Both the position numbers and the translations under genes were made by a program. A DNA stretch of 64,000 nt from Cyanophora paradoxa CCMP329 (Eukaryota > Plantae > Glaucophyta): positions 310,001 through 374,000 of the forward strand of contig QPMI01000520.1 of NCBI GenBank assembly GCA_004431415.1, in the 5' to 3' direction. Below, piece after piece: positions 13,330 to 25,604 of this stretch. The notes beneath the pieces were generated by a model. It did not search any database. It was given only the letters and a program-made list of their open reading frames with translations, and was not told the DNA's origin. Every line of letters starts with the position of its first letter. The first letter of the stretch is position 1.

Positions 13330-14771
13330 TTATTCGGCCCGGGGATCGATGGGGACATCGCCCGAGCTGGAGTCGGATGCGCCGCCTGCGCGCTTCTCGT
13401 TGATCTGCACTGCGGAGTCAGAACCAGGGAAAAGTCTGGGAGCTAGAGGGAGCGAACCTTTGTCATGACCTCCGCTGCGGAGCGAAATGGCGCGACCCGG
13501 CCCTATATCAGAGGGGCGAGCACGGAGCGGCCGCGCGGCGCCGAAAGAGTGGGGGCCGCTCACCGCTGGCCTCCTTGGCCTTGGCGGTGATGGCGCTGAA
13601 GCCCGACTTGAGGAAAGAGAAGCCCTGCATGCCGGGTGCGAGCTTGAGCGCCTGCCCGGACTGGCCCCCAGGCCGCGCACCTTCTGCACGCTCTCGTTGG
13701 CGAGGGCCTTGCTCGCGACGTCCTTGGCCACCTCCTTCGTCTTCTGCACCGCCTCCGTTGTCCTCTCCTTCAGCTTCAGCTTCTCGTCCAGCTCGTGCGC
13801 CTTCGCGGACACTGTTTGGCCCGGGACAGTGTCTCAGCGCGGCGCAGCCTGCAGAACCACGGGCGGATGCGCGGGCGGTCCACCTGCACTTGCAGCCGCC
13901 TGCGCGGTCTCCTTCACGTGGAGCTTCTCGTTGATGCTTTGCGCGGCGCCCTTCACGCTGCCCACAATGTTGTGTTTCTCTGCGCGCGGCCGTTCGCAGT
14001 GCTCAGTGCGCGGCACGGTAGAAGTTCGATCTAAGCAGACCATCGAGCGATTTCACGGCGACAGCCGCGCTCGCTGCAGCACGGCACTCGTCAGCTCAGC
14101 GGCGAATGCAGTTAGCTGCGGGTCACGGGCGCACCCATCGCGGAGGTAATCTTGTCCTTGACGGCAGCTAGCTGAGGGGGCACCATCTGGATGCTGTGAG
14201 TCAGCGCTCTCAGCTGGCACGGGGACGGTAGCAGCCGGCGTACGCCGCTCGAGGAGCCCTCCTCGCCGGCGTCCGCTGCCCGTGGCGCGGCCTCCGCTGA
14301 CGAGGCGGTCGCATCGTAGATAACAACTGCATGTTTAATCAGCGCCCCGCACACGTGCGCGCTGCGCGCTGAGAGCGCGGCAGGGCGCAGGTAGGGGACC
14401 GCGACCTTGGATGGGCCTGTCGACCAGCTGGGCGTTCGTGAGCAGCAGAGCGGTCTGCGCCTCGCTGCCCTTCTCAAACGCGACGACCGCCTTCAGCGTC
14501 TCCTGGCCCTCATTCCTGTCCGTGCATGAGCACGCCGCCGGCCGGGCCATTCGCGGCTGCAAGAGTACTCAACGGGAGAAAATTAATAGACACGAGCTTT
14601 CCACAGAAGGAGAAGAAGTCGCTGAGCACTAAAGAAGGTCAGAACTGGGGCATGGACGGCCGAGGAACCGCGGCGCGGGCAGAGACGCCGACGGGAGCGC
14701 CACACGCTACCTTTCTCAGTCGCCGCGGGGCTCAGGTTCGTCACGAGAACGGAGGTAGCGCTGTCGGCCAT
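13330..14771 (-). CDS. RRM protein, Vip1/BPA1 (binding partner of ACD11)-like
   Basis: SVLVTNLSPAATEK..LSDFFSFCGK...AVVAFEKGSEAQTALLLTNAQLVDRPI, followed by DEKH/DEKLKL helical repeats typical of the family. Confidence 0.8.
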
Positions 14772-14875
14772 TGGGGGGCGTACTGTAAACCGGCTCTTCA
14801 GTTCGTACCCCCTCACTAGGGGAAAATCGGTCTTCGGCGCGCGCAGCTGCGTCCGAGCCGCCAGGAGCCGCTACT

Positions 14876-17800
14876 ATGCAGACGGAGAACAGCACAGCCC
14901 CGGCCTTCGCGGCCCCGTTCGCGTTCGCTGCGATCAGGCAGCAGGAGGGTTGCCATCTTCATAATGCGGGCGCGAGGCCCGGCGTCAGCTTCCGTATCCC
15001 GCGCCCGGCGTTCTTCCGAGGCGAGCGTCACACTCAGATCGGCTCTTCGGGGCGCAGCTTCGTAGCTGGCGAGTCGAAGATTATTGTTCGCGAATCCGGC
15101 CCGTCGGTCTCGCAGTCTTCCACGGTGTGCCAGGCAAACCCCGCTGATGCTCCCCCTCCTCCTTTCGGCGCTGGCCCCAAGGAGGACGCCCTGGAGGGTT
15201 TCGTCTCCAGCATCCCCGGCTCACTCCGAAGCGCCGCGGCCGGGCTCGTGGTCGCGGGTGGCGTTGCGGGCGGTGCCGCTCTCGTCGGCTCTGTTCCTCC
15301 CAAGAACATGGCCAAGGCGGGCGCTGGCGCAGTCGTCGCGCTGGGCGCAGTCGGCCTCGGCAGCGAGATGTTCAAGAAGCGCCGGCGCGTGGCTCTGAAC
15401 AGCCTGCACAAGCTTCTTGTCGGCGAGGGTGTCAGCGCTGCCAACGACGCGAACCTCGACGCGCTCTCCGCCCAGAACGGCATCGACGTTCGCGAGGCCT
15501 GCAAGACCGAGCTCTGCGATTTCTATGGCCAGGTGCAGCCTGCTGCTGCGTTTGCGCCTTTTTCGGTTTCTTATTGCGTGTACCTTCGTTTCTGCGCGCA
15601 GTACCTGCTGCACTGCCTGTGGTCCCCCGAGCTCAACCGTCAGGAGGTCGACACTCTCCGGAAGCTCCGCACCGCCTTCCGCCTGGACGGCAACCTCGTC
15701 GCGGACACTCACATCAAGTACGGACGCCAGCTCTTCCGCCAGCTCGAAGAGCGGGTGCGCTCGGGGGTCCTGTCATGCGCGCCACCCCTCCAGTTCCTGA
15801 TCTCTTTCTCTCTCTCTCTCGCGCGCGCAGGCCGGCGGCAGCCGCCGCAAGACCATCGGCAAGCTCCTCTTCCTTAGCGAGAAGGTCCTGGAGGAGGACG
15901 GCGAGATGCTCGGCCGCTACGTCCGGTCCTCGCTCAAGGACACCTTCAACACCAGCGAGGCCCAGCTGAACAAGATCATGCAGGAGGTGACGGGCGGCGT
16001 CTTCCGTGACCGCCTGCGGGTCCGTGCTCTCTTTCTGCGCTTCCCCGCCCGCCCATCGCGTCGCTGACGGCGGGGCGGGTGCAGAGCCAGCTGGAGCTCG
16101 CGACCGGGCAGCAGGGTTCCTTCGACGTGGCGGAGGCGCGCAAGGCGCTGCGGCAGACGTGCGACAACTACTGCGTCGGGGACCAGGAGGCGGCGTACCT
16201 CTTCGTCGAGGTGGCGAGCGAGGTGGCGGAGGCGCTCGTGCAGAAGGCGGCCAAGGCGGCCGACGACCTCGACCGCCGCACCGTCGTCAAGGAGTTCACC
16301 GACCTCCTCAACTTCAACGCCTCCCTCTCCGCCATGTACCCCGTCGACTCGGCGCTTCCGTCGCAGCCCCTGAAGGGCGCCGGCGGCACCGGCGGCCGCC
16401 GCGTCGTGGAGGCCTACAAGGCGTACCTGACGCACCTGCTGCGGGACCAGAAGATCGGCGAGGGCGAGAAGGGCGACCTCGAGCAGCTGCGCGTGATCGT
16501 CGGCATCAACGAGAGCAGCGGCGAGGCTATCTACGCGGAGATCGCCGGCAAGATGCTGCGCGAGCGCCTCGACGGCGCGATCAAGGACGGCGTGCTCGAC
16601 GGCGCGGTCGCGGCGTCGCTCAAGCAGCTGCAGGCGGACCTCGCGCTGCCCGAGGCGCGCGTGCAGGCGATGCTGGTGGACGTCTACAAGGCGACGCTCA
16701 AGGCGGCGCTCAAGGACGAGCTGCTGCGCGACAGCGACGTCGAGCTCCTCTCCAAGGCCCGCTCCGCCTTCGCCCTCGCCGAGGAGGAGGCCAACACCAT
16801 CCAGGTGCCCCCGCCCCCCGCCCTGCCCCGCCCCCCGCCGCGCGGGGCCAGGGGGCCGACCGCGGCGCAGCGCGAGGTGGCCGGGGCGATCTACCGGCGG
16901 TCGGCGCGGTCGATGCTGGGCGAGTCGATGATGACGGACGAGATGCGGACGCAGCTGGACAAGCTGCGCGCCGACATCCGCCTCGACGAGGAGGTCTCCA
17001 AGGCCATCTTCGCCGAGGTCCGCCCCGCCCCGCCCCCCGCCCCGCCCCCCGCCCCGCTGACGCGCAAGTCGGCGCAGGAGGCGAAGAACCGGATGCTCCA
17101 GTTCGTGGACAAGGCGCTGACCTTCTCCAAGGGCAACATGAAGCAGATGGCGTCGGAGATCAACGCGCTGACCGAGTACATGCGCGCCAACAAGCTCGAG
17201 GAGGTCGCGAGCGCCCGCACGGAGAAGAACCACGAGACGCTGAAGGAGCTGTACCGCACCTACATGCTCTACGCGCTCTCCCCCGAGGTGGTGGAGCTCC
17301 CGATGAACACGCACTTCACCATCGGGCGGCACGACTTCGAGGTCCGCAACCTCAACAACGTCGTCCGCGCCTTCGGCATGGAGGACGGCGAGGTCCAGGA
17401 GATCATGGTCCGCCCCCGCGCCCCCGCGCCCCGCGCCCCGCCCCGCCCCGCGCTGGCCGACCGGGGCGGGGCAGGTGAGCCTGTCGAGCCGGGTGTTCCG
17501 CGACCGCGTCGACTCGATCCTCAACGAGACGTCGGCCGGCAAGCTCGACGAGGAGAAGCTCGAGGAGCTCAAGGAGCTCTCCAAGACCCTCCAGCTCCCC
17601 GAGGAGACCGCCATGGACATCCTCAAGGAGAAGAGCACCAAGTGGATCACCAGCAAGACCGAGGAGATCCGCACCAAGCAGAAGCACGACCTCTCCGACA
17701 TCAAGACCCTGCAGGCGATGGGCGTCGACGTCGACCGCGTGATCGGCGAGCGGCAGCGGGCGCGGGCGTACCGGGAGCAGGTGGAGCGCCTCATCGAGCG

Positions 17801-18261
17801 CAACGAGGTGACGGCGGCGTCGCGGGAGAAGCTCGAGGCGCTGCGCGCCGAGTGCATGGTCGGCGAGGGGGCGGCCGGGGAGGCGGAGCAGGAGCTGGTG
17901 CGGGAGCGGGCGCAGGGGTGCCTGGTGCAGTCGGTGGCGGCGCTGCGGCAGGGGGCGCGCCCCGTCGTGGCCTCGCAGCTGGAGACGATGGTCAAGTTCT
18001 ACGACTTCGCGCCGCACGACGTGGCCTGGGAGCGCCGCGGCGAGCTCCGCCAGCTCTACACCGCCTACTACAAGCACGCCACCGGCGAGGGCCGCGGCGA
18101 GCCCACCGCCGCCCAGTCCGCCGTCCTCAACCGCTTCAAGGACATCTTCTCCTTCTCCGGTCCGCCCCCGCCCCCGCCCCCGCGCCGCCCGTGGCCTCTC
18201 GGCCGACCGCGCCCCTTCTCCCTGCGCAGAGGACGATGTGCGCGACCTCCAGACCGCATAA
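14876..18261 (+). CDS. TIC110: Plastid inner-envelope translocon component Tic110 precursor
   Basis: Transit-peptide-like N-terminus with early Phe (APAFAAPFAF) and two Gly/Ala-rich TM helices. ELCDFYGQYL...EVDTLRKLRTAFRLD...HIKYGRQLFRQ and C-terminal VAWERRGELRQLYTAY align with recalled plant Tic110 motifs. Last exon EDDVRDLQTA*. Confidence 0.88.
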
Positions 18262-18889
18262 GCTGCTCCCCCCTCCCGCCGGCCCTCCCCGCCCCGCCTC
18301 TCCTCTCCTCTCCGCCCGGCGCCCCGCCCCGGCCCCCGCCCAGCATTTCAGCAGGCCTAGTCTTTCAAGAGTTGGTCCGATCCCCCCGGGGCCCCTGCGT
18401 GGTCTCGCCATCCTTCCGTCAGCCGGTCGGGCTTTCAGCCCGCCTCCGTTCCGTTTGGCTTGCCTTCGTTCCCCGCGATCCGCCTTTTTCGTAACCAGAA
18501 GCGAGGGTTTGCAGTTGAGGACAGTCTAGTCAATATACGACGCAAAGCTTTACGCAGTTCGAGCTGCCTTTTGCATGCGCCGGCTGCAGCTGCGTGCACG
18601 TGCATGTGCCACATCGTATCGTCGAGAGGGCCGCGGGCGCGTGGAGACGATATCGACGGGCAGTTCTAGTGAACGCGGCTGTAGTTGACAAGCGGCGGCG
18701 GGCCGCGGCGGGGGTCGCACGCTTGCATATCTGCATGAGCGGCGGGGAGGAGGGCGCGGCGTGCACGGCGAGGTGAAAACTGCCTAGCATTTGATGCACA
18801 CGTATGAAACTGCGACAAACGGAAAGCTGACCACCTACGGGGCCGCACGGCCGACCGGGACGCATGCGCGCGCAGGTCGCCTCGGGCGC

Positions 18890-21800
18890 TCAGATGCCCT
18901 GCGCGCTCAGATGAGACAAGAGGGACGGCGATCAGAGGCGGGGCGGGGCGGACCCAGTCCTGCTCGTCGGCCGGCTCGAAGTCGAGCTCCTCGGGCTCGT
19001 CGGCGGGGGCGGCGCCCGAGGGCGGGGAGGCGAGGGCGAGGTCGGCGAGGAGCTCCCCGTCGAAGTCCTCGTACTCGCTGTTTGTCTCCGCGTCCAGCGC
19101 CCGCGCCACCTGCCCCCGCCCCCTTCAGCCGCCGCCGGCACCCGCCGCCCCGAGCGACGCGCCTGCGGGCGCCAGTGGAAGCCGGCGCGGTGGCCGAGGT
19201 CGATGATCTCGGGGCCCGTCGGGAAGTTGACCGAGTAGCCGGCGTAGGTGAGGGTCCCCGGGCCGCCGCAGACGTCCGTCGGGCGCCCGCAGACGTCCTG
19301 CTGCGCCGGCGCGTGGCAGATCGACGCCTCGCGGATGAGCTGCTTGCACGTCAGCGAGCACTCCGCCCCCTGCCGCCCGTTCCGCACGCCATCGTCGCAC
19401 TGCCCCGCGAAGAGGCCCTCAGCGGCTGCGCGGCGCGCGGGGCGCGGCGCGCGGGGCGGGGCAGGGCAGGGGGCCGCCGCACCTCCTCGCCCTGGTCGAC
19501 GACGCCGTTGCCTGCGGCGCGGGTCAGGGCGCGGCGGCGGAAGCGGGGGCGGGGAGGCCGGGCCGCACCGCAGATGGGGAGGTAGATGCGCTGGCACTGC
19601 TCCGTGCAGAGGCCGCCGATCAGGCCGTTGCTGTCGCCCATGTCTGCGCGGACGGTGAGAGGAGGCGAGGACGCGCGAGGCACGCCGCAGCTCACCGCAC
19701 TGCTCGCCGTAGTCGACGATGCCGTTGCCTGCGCGAGGGGAGGCGCGGTCAGTGTCAGAGTAGGCGGCGTCGGGGGCGAGGGGCGGCGGGGCGCGGTGCA
19801 GGGGTCGATGCAGGGAGGTCGCGACGCACCGCACTTGGGGATGTAGACTTCGCGGCAGTTGGAGTCGCACTCGGCGCCCGGCTGCCCGTTCATCGCCCCC
19901 AGGTCGCACTGCGCGGCCCGGCGCTCGGGCGCGGGGAGACGAGGGGGGAGGGGGGTAGGGGGCGGCCGGACCTCCTCGGGGCAGTCGAGCTGCCCGTTGC
20001 CGCAGCGCGGCACGTACACTGCGGGGGCCGCCTGAGCGCCCCGCCCGCCGCCGGCGCGGGGGTCGGTGGTAGGGGGGCGGGGGCGGACCGGCCATGCAGG
20101 CCTTGGTGCAGGTGCTGCCGAGCATGCCGTTCTGGATGCCCTCGTCTGCCCCGCCCGCGCCGTCAGGGCGCGGAGGCGGCGCGCAGGGGGACGAGGCGCG
20201 CGGCAGGGGCGCTCGCACCGCACTGCTCGCCGGGGTCGAGGCGGCCGTTGCCGCACTGGACCTCGCGGGTGCACGAGGCCGTGCAGTGGTTGAGGGAGCG
20301 GTCCGTCCCGTTCAGGTCGCCGTCGTCGCACTCCTCGCCCACGACGTTGATGACGCCGTCGCCGCAGCGCGCCACCTCGCGGCAGTGCGCGTCGCACTTG
20401 CCGTCCGTCCCGTTGTAGCTCCCGTGGTCGCACTGCCGAGGGGCGGGGGCGGCTCAGCTCGCGGGGCGCGTGGCGCGGGGCGCGAGTGGCGGGCGGACCT
20501 CCTCGCCCTTCCAGGGCTGGACCTGGCCGTCGCCGCAGAAGGGCTTGAGCTTGCAGCCCTCCTCGCAGTCCGACCGCTCCGACCCGTTCTTGAAGCCGTC
20601 GTCGCACTAGCCCCGCCCCGCCAGCCCGCGTCGGCCGCCCCGGGAGCAGCGGGGGCGGGGGGCGGTGGGCGGGAGCCGGGGCGGGGCGGACCTCCTCGCC
20701 GAGCTCGTCGTTGACGACGCCGTCGCCGCAGTGCGGGATCGAGTGGCAGTCCAGCGTGCACCACACCCCGTCCTTCCCGTTCTCCATCCCGAAGCTGCCG
20801 GCGCGGGGCCCGGGTCAGGGCCGCCTGCGCGGCGGGGCGGGGCGGGGCGGGGCGGGGCGGGGCGGCGGGGGGAGCGCGCACTCGCAGGTCTCGCCGAGGT
20901 CGCGCTGCGTGGAGCCGTCGCCGCAGTACGGCAGGATCTTGCAGTCCGCCGAGCAGTGGTTCTGCGCCCCCCCGCGACGACGAGAGCTCAGCGGCGGGGC
21001 CCCGGGCGCCCTCCCGGGCGGATCGAGCGGACCTCGGGGGTGGCGAAGGAGGGGTTGTTGTTGGCGCCGTCGTCGCACTGCTCGTCGGCGGCGTCGACGT
21101 GGCCGTTGCCGCAGCGGGCCGGCTGCGGCGTCGGGAGCTCCCCGAGGACCTCCCCGAAGAGCGGGAGGGCGGCGACCGTCGGGCCCGCCTCCACGATGGG
21201 CACCGGCGTCGAGTCGAACCCGACGTCGTGCAGGTTCAGGTTCGCGAAGCTGCTCGCGCCGCCGCCCGCGGCCTGGCCGTGCGAGAAGTCGGCCGAGGCG
21301 AAGCCGGAGCTGCCGGCCGAGCCGTAGCCGAAGCTGCCGTAGGTGGCGACGGCCGCCGCCGACGGCTCGGCGTCGGCCTCCACGTCGGAGAGGTTCAGCG
21401 CCGCCCGGCTGCCCCCGCCGCTCGAGAAGCCCAGCTCGCGCGAGCCGCCCGACGAGTACGAGCCGCCCGACGAGTGCGAGCCGCTCGAGGCGGTGTACGT
21501 GCTGTACCCCGGGGCGCTGTACGAGCCGTACGAGCCCGAGGCGGCGCCGGAGCCGTGCGCGCTCCCCGAGTAGGTCACGTAGCCCGGCGACCCGGCCGAG
21601 TAGGTCGCGGCGCCACCGCCGCCCGAGCCGAGCTCGTACGTGCTGCTGCTCCCGCTCGTGTACGTCACCGCGCCCGAGCCCCCGCCCCCGCCCGAGCCGA
21701 CCTCGTACTCCTCGTACTGCCGCCCGCGCTCGGTACCGGCGGGCGGGGCGGGGCGGGCAGCGGGCGGGCGCAGGCGGGAGGGGACGCACCGAAACGTTGC

Positions 21801-22650
21801 CGCCGGAGCCGGAGCCGGCCGAGTAGTGCTGCGGCGCGGGCGGGCCCGTCCGGTCAGGGCGGCCCGGGGCGGGTCGCCGGGGCGGCGGAGGCGGGGCGCA
21901 CGAGGGCAGAGTCGCCGAGGCCGAACTTGCTCGTCTCCGCCTCAACGGCGTACCCGTCGGAGCCGGCGTTCGAGCCGGCCTGTGACGGCTCCCGTCGGGC
22001 GGGGCGCGGGAGACGGGGGGCGAGGGGCGAGGGCGACGCACCACGTACTGGATGCCAGAGCCGGCGCCCCCGTCGGACGCGATGGTCTGCGTCTCATACT
22101 GCCGGCGCCCGCGCCCGTCAGCGGCCGGCGCCTCGCAGCGGCGGCGGCGCCGGGCCGGCGGTGCGCACGGAGACGCGGCCGGTGCCGAACGAGCGGCCGC
22201 CGGAGGCGCCCGAGCCGGCACCAATCGTCTCCGTCTGGTACTGCCGGCCGGTCAGGCCCGGCGGCGGGAGGCCGGGCGCGGCGCGGCGTGCGGCCTGGCG
22301 CACAGTGATGTTGGTCGGCGCGCCGCCTGAGGAGGAGACCTCGTAGGTCGAGTAGCTCGGGCCCCCAGAGCTCTGCCCGGGTATGAGCGTCGCCCGTGCG
22401 GCGGCAGGGCGTGCCCCGGGCCGAAGATGACGAACCGAGCTGTAGTAAGTGGTCGACGAACCGCCCGAAGAGCCGCTCTGAGGGCGCAACCGCGGGCTTT
22501 CAGCGGGCGCGCGGCTGCCCATCCGGCGCGGGGCACACCGTCTCCTCCACGACCGAGCGAAATCCCGCGGTCAGGCCCGTCGCATCGCCGAACTTGCTGA
22601 TGAGGTCCATCGATATCGTGCTGTCCCCGCGCCGGCCGCCTCGGGTGTTT
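18890..22650 (-). CDS. Cys-rich repeat protein A (DUF4215/Myxococcus Cys-rich repeat-like, ~9 repeats) with Ser/Gly/Tyr-rich N-region; 5' end uncertain
   Basis: Repeats CG(D/N)GxxxxGEECDDGxxNG...C...C interrupted by introns. Low-complexity SGSSSTYELGSGG/YSAPGYSTY region upstream, acidic tail (EYEDFDGELLADLALA...EELDFEP). Confidence 0.75.
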
Positions 22651-23765
22651 CCCGACGCGCCGTTGAACAGAGACCCCGGAAATCAAGCGGGACGCTGCGA
22701 GAACGCAAATGTCAGTACTGCTGGCGCGGTCGAAGGCCTCTTTGAGGGCGGCGGTTACGCCGGCGGTTATTCCCGGCAAACTGACAAAGCCGGAGGATAT
22801 CTCATCGTGTCATGCTCATATAGCATTGCGTATAGCAGCAATAGCTCCTCACCCGGCCCGCCAGCTACTAGGCTAGAGAGAGCGAACCTGTTGACTGTGC
22901 GACTGTACCCCGGCATGCGAGCTGGTCCTCAGCTGGAAAATTGAACCGAGCAGCTGCATGCGCGGCGCTCGCTGGCTCTGTTGAACTTCGAGAAAACAGC
23001 GTCTGAAACGATGGCCCCCGCCATGACTGCGCGGCGTGGCCCCGCGGTGATTGCAATTGCAAACGCGTACGGCGCGCGCGCGCGCATGCGTGGGCGCCGC
23101 GCGCGGCCATGCGCATGCCATGATTGCGCATGCGCTCCTGCTTTAGATCTATCTCTATCACACTCAAGCCTCATACGTCGCGCTGGCAGGTGTGATCCTG
23201 GTATTGACGCGCGCGTGCACGTCGATCAGGCGATCGCAATCAAATTAAATTTGATCCGATCGTGATGATCCGTGAATTAAGTTCTCAGAATCCCATGAAA
23301 GCTAACCTGTAGTTGGTAGCTAGCTAGAACCGCTAAGCGCTGCTCGAATAACTGCCAGCTGGAGGCTGATGTCAAGACACAAGAGTGATCATGAGATATC
23401 ATGAGATACTTAAGCTTGCAAAGCGATGAAAGAATCGTGCTGAGATGCTGATTGTAAACGGTTAACGGTATGGAGTAACTCTACAGGTATAAAGCTAGGA
23501 TGAATCTGTACATGTACAGGCTGCTGAGCCAGGTCCTTGAAAAAAGGCCGCGAATTTACAAAAGCCCCCCAATTGCAACGTGGTGAAACTATGTGGTCAA
23601 GATCTGCCTATCGAATTAAAACACCCATGTGAATCCCTGCCCACTGCGACGCTCCAAGCCCGAAAGAACCCAAACTATGTATCTACATCCTAAATAACCA
23701 TGAACGAAGGCGAATTCAGAGAAAACGAGGCGGGGAGGAAGGGGCCCGGGGGCGCGGGTCGGGGG

Positions 23766-25353
23766 TCAGAGCTCGGGAAGATGGGAGCGCCAGGGGAGGA
23801 GGGCGGAGGCGAGGGAGAAGACGCTGGAGGCCGCCCCGCGCCCGCCGGCGCCGGCGCCGGAGCCCGAGCCGGAGGCGGAGGCCGAGGCGGAGGGTGCGTG
23901 CGGGCGGGGCTGCGGGGCGGGCCCCGCGGCATCGACGTCCGGCGCGTCCTCGAGGAGCGCGTCCCCGTCCCCGTCCCCGTCCTCCTCCTCGAGGGCCCCG
24001 GGGCCCGCCCCCTCCTCGCTCCCCTCCTCCACGCTGCTGCTGCTCCCGCCGGCCTCGCTCGACGCCTCCTCGCTGCCCTCCTCGTCCATGGCGGCCCCCT
24101 CGCCGGGGCCGCCCGGGGCGAGCTCGGCGGCGAGGGCGACGATCGGGTGGCCCTCCCCGCCGGGGGCCCCGCCCTCGCCGGCCATCACCGCGAGGGCCCA
24201 CGCGGGAAGGCCCCCGGGCGGCGCCGCCTCCCGCGGCTCCAGCGGGACGCCCTCCTCCGACACGTACTGCGCCTCGAACTCGCGGCTCTTCCGCTGCGAA
24301 ACGAAGCGGCCCCTGCCCGCCCCCGCGTCGGGGGCAGCCGGCGGGGGCGGGCGCGCGCGGGGCGCACCGGTTTATCTGGCCGGCGGATGCGTCGCTCGGG
24401 AAGGTGACCCACGTCCCCTGGAACTTGCCCTCGTCGTCCTCCGGATCCTGCGCGAACACGAGCACGCGTGAGCAAAGGCGTCGGCGCGATGCCGGGCCCC
24501 GCCGAGGGCTTCCGGCAGCCCGCACCACTGTACCAGAGAGGACCGAGTGGCCGTAGCCGAAGGGCCTGCGTGGGCCGTCAGCGCGGGCGGGCCGCGGGGC
24601 GCCGGATGCGCGGCCGGGGGTGGCGCACCAGGTGATGTCGAAGGAGATCGAGAGGCCCTTGATGCTCCCGCGCAGCCGGAAGGGGAGCCCCACCTCCCAC
24701 AGGCTCTGCGCGGGGAAGACCTGCGAGCGCGCACGTCAGACGGGGCCGGGCCGGCCGCCTGCCGTCCCCGTGTGACCAGAGACGCACCCCGCCGCCGAGG
24801 AGAACTCCAGTCTTTGCAAAATGCATTATGTGCAGCGGAAACTCGACGTCCGGGTAGCCTGGGAGCGTGTCCTTGAATTGCAGTGAGGTTTGCACGCCTT
24901 AAGCGGCGCTCACCGTCATTCAAGTTGGAGCTGCCGCGATCAACCCAGAGCCCAGAAAGCTCTAGCTGGTAACTACAGGGGCATGACGGAAATCGATTAG
25001 CGGAGCGCGAACACACTCTGTCTCTCGAGCGGCTTACCTGCGCCGGTAGAGATCGACCCACTTGAGATCATCCCTCTTCTTGGAAGACAGTCCAAAGTCG
25101 CGCTTGCAGAGCGCCTCGTAGAGACTGTCGGCGGAGGCCGCTTGACACATGCTGCCGTGTTGGCGTCAGCTGCCGTGATCTGGCCGCTGCGCCACGGCCG
25201 CGGCGGGAGGGCTCACCACTTGTTCACGGTGCGCATTTTCAGGAGATCGCCGACTCGCAAATGCCCAAGAATAAGAGCAATGAGTTCGTCGGGCAGCTGA
25301 TCGTAGATGGGGCGCCCCACAACATCTCCCGAGGTGTCCATCTCTGTTTCCAT
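23766..25353 (-). CDS. F-box protein with acidic C-terminal tail
   Basis: Exon 1 reads METEMDTSGDVVGRPIYDQLPDELIALILGHLRVGDLLKMRTVNK, and the next exon reads ..ADSLYEALCKRDFG (F-box motif). Downstream exons carry GT-AG introns; stop at 23766. Confidence 0.75.
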
Positions 25354-25604
25354 GACGTATACGCCGGGCGTCTGTTGATTGTGGGCCGGAGCGGCCGCTG
25401 GAGCGACCGTGAGGATATTGACGTTCAGTTGGCCGACGCCGAGGACGGCCGTGCGGGAGAGATGAAAAGCGCGTGGACGTCGATCGCAGATGGCGTTGAC
25501 GTGGAGAGTAGCGGCCTGACGTGTCTCACAGGACGCTCGCGTCTCTTTGTGGTGTTCTACCCCCCCGCCTTAGCCCCGGCGGCCCCGCCGCTGCCCCGGC
25601 CGAC

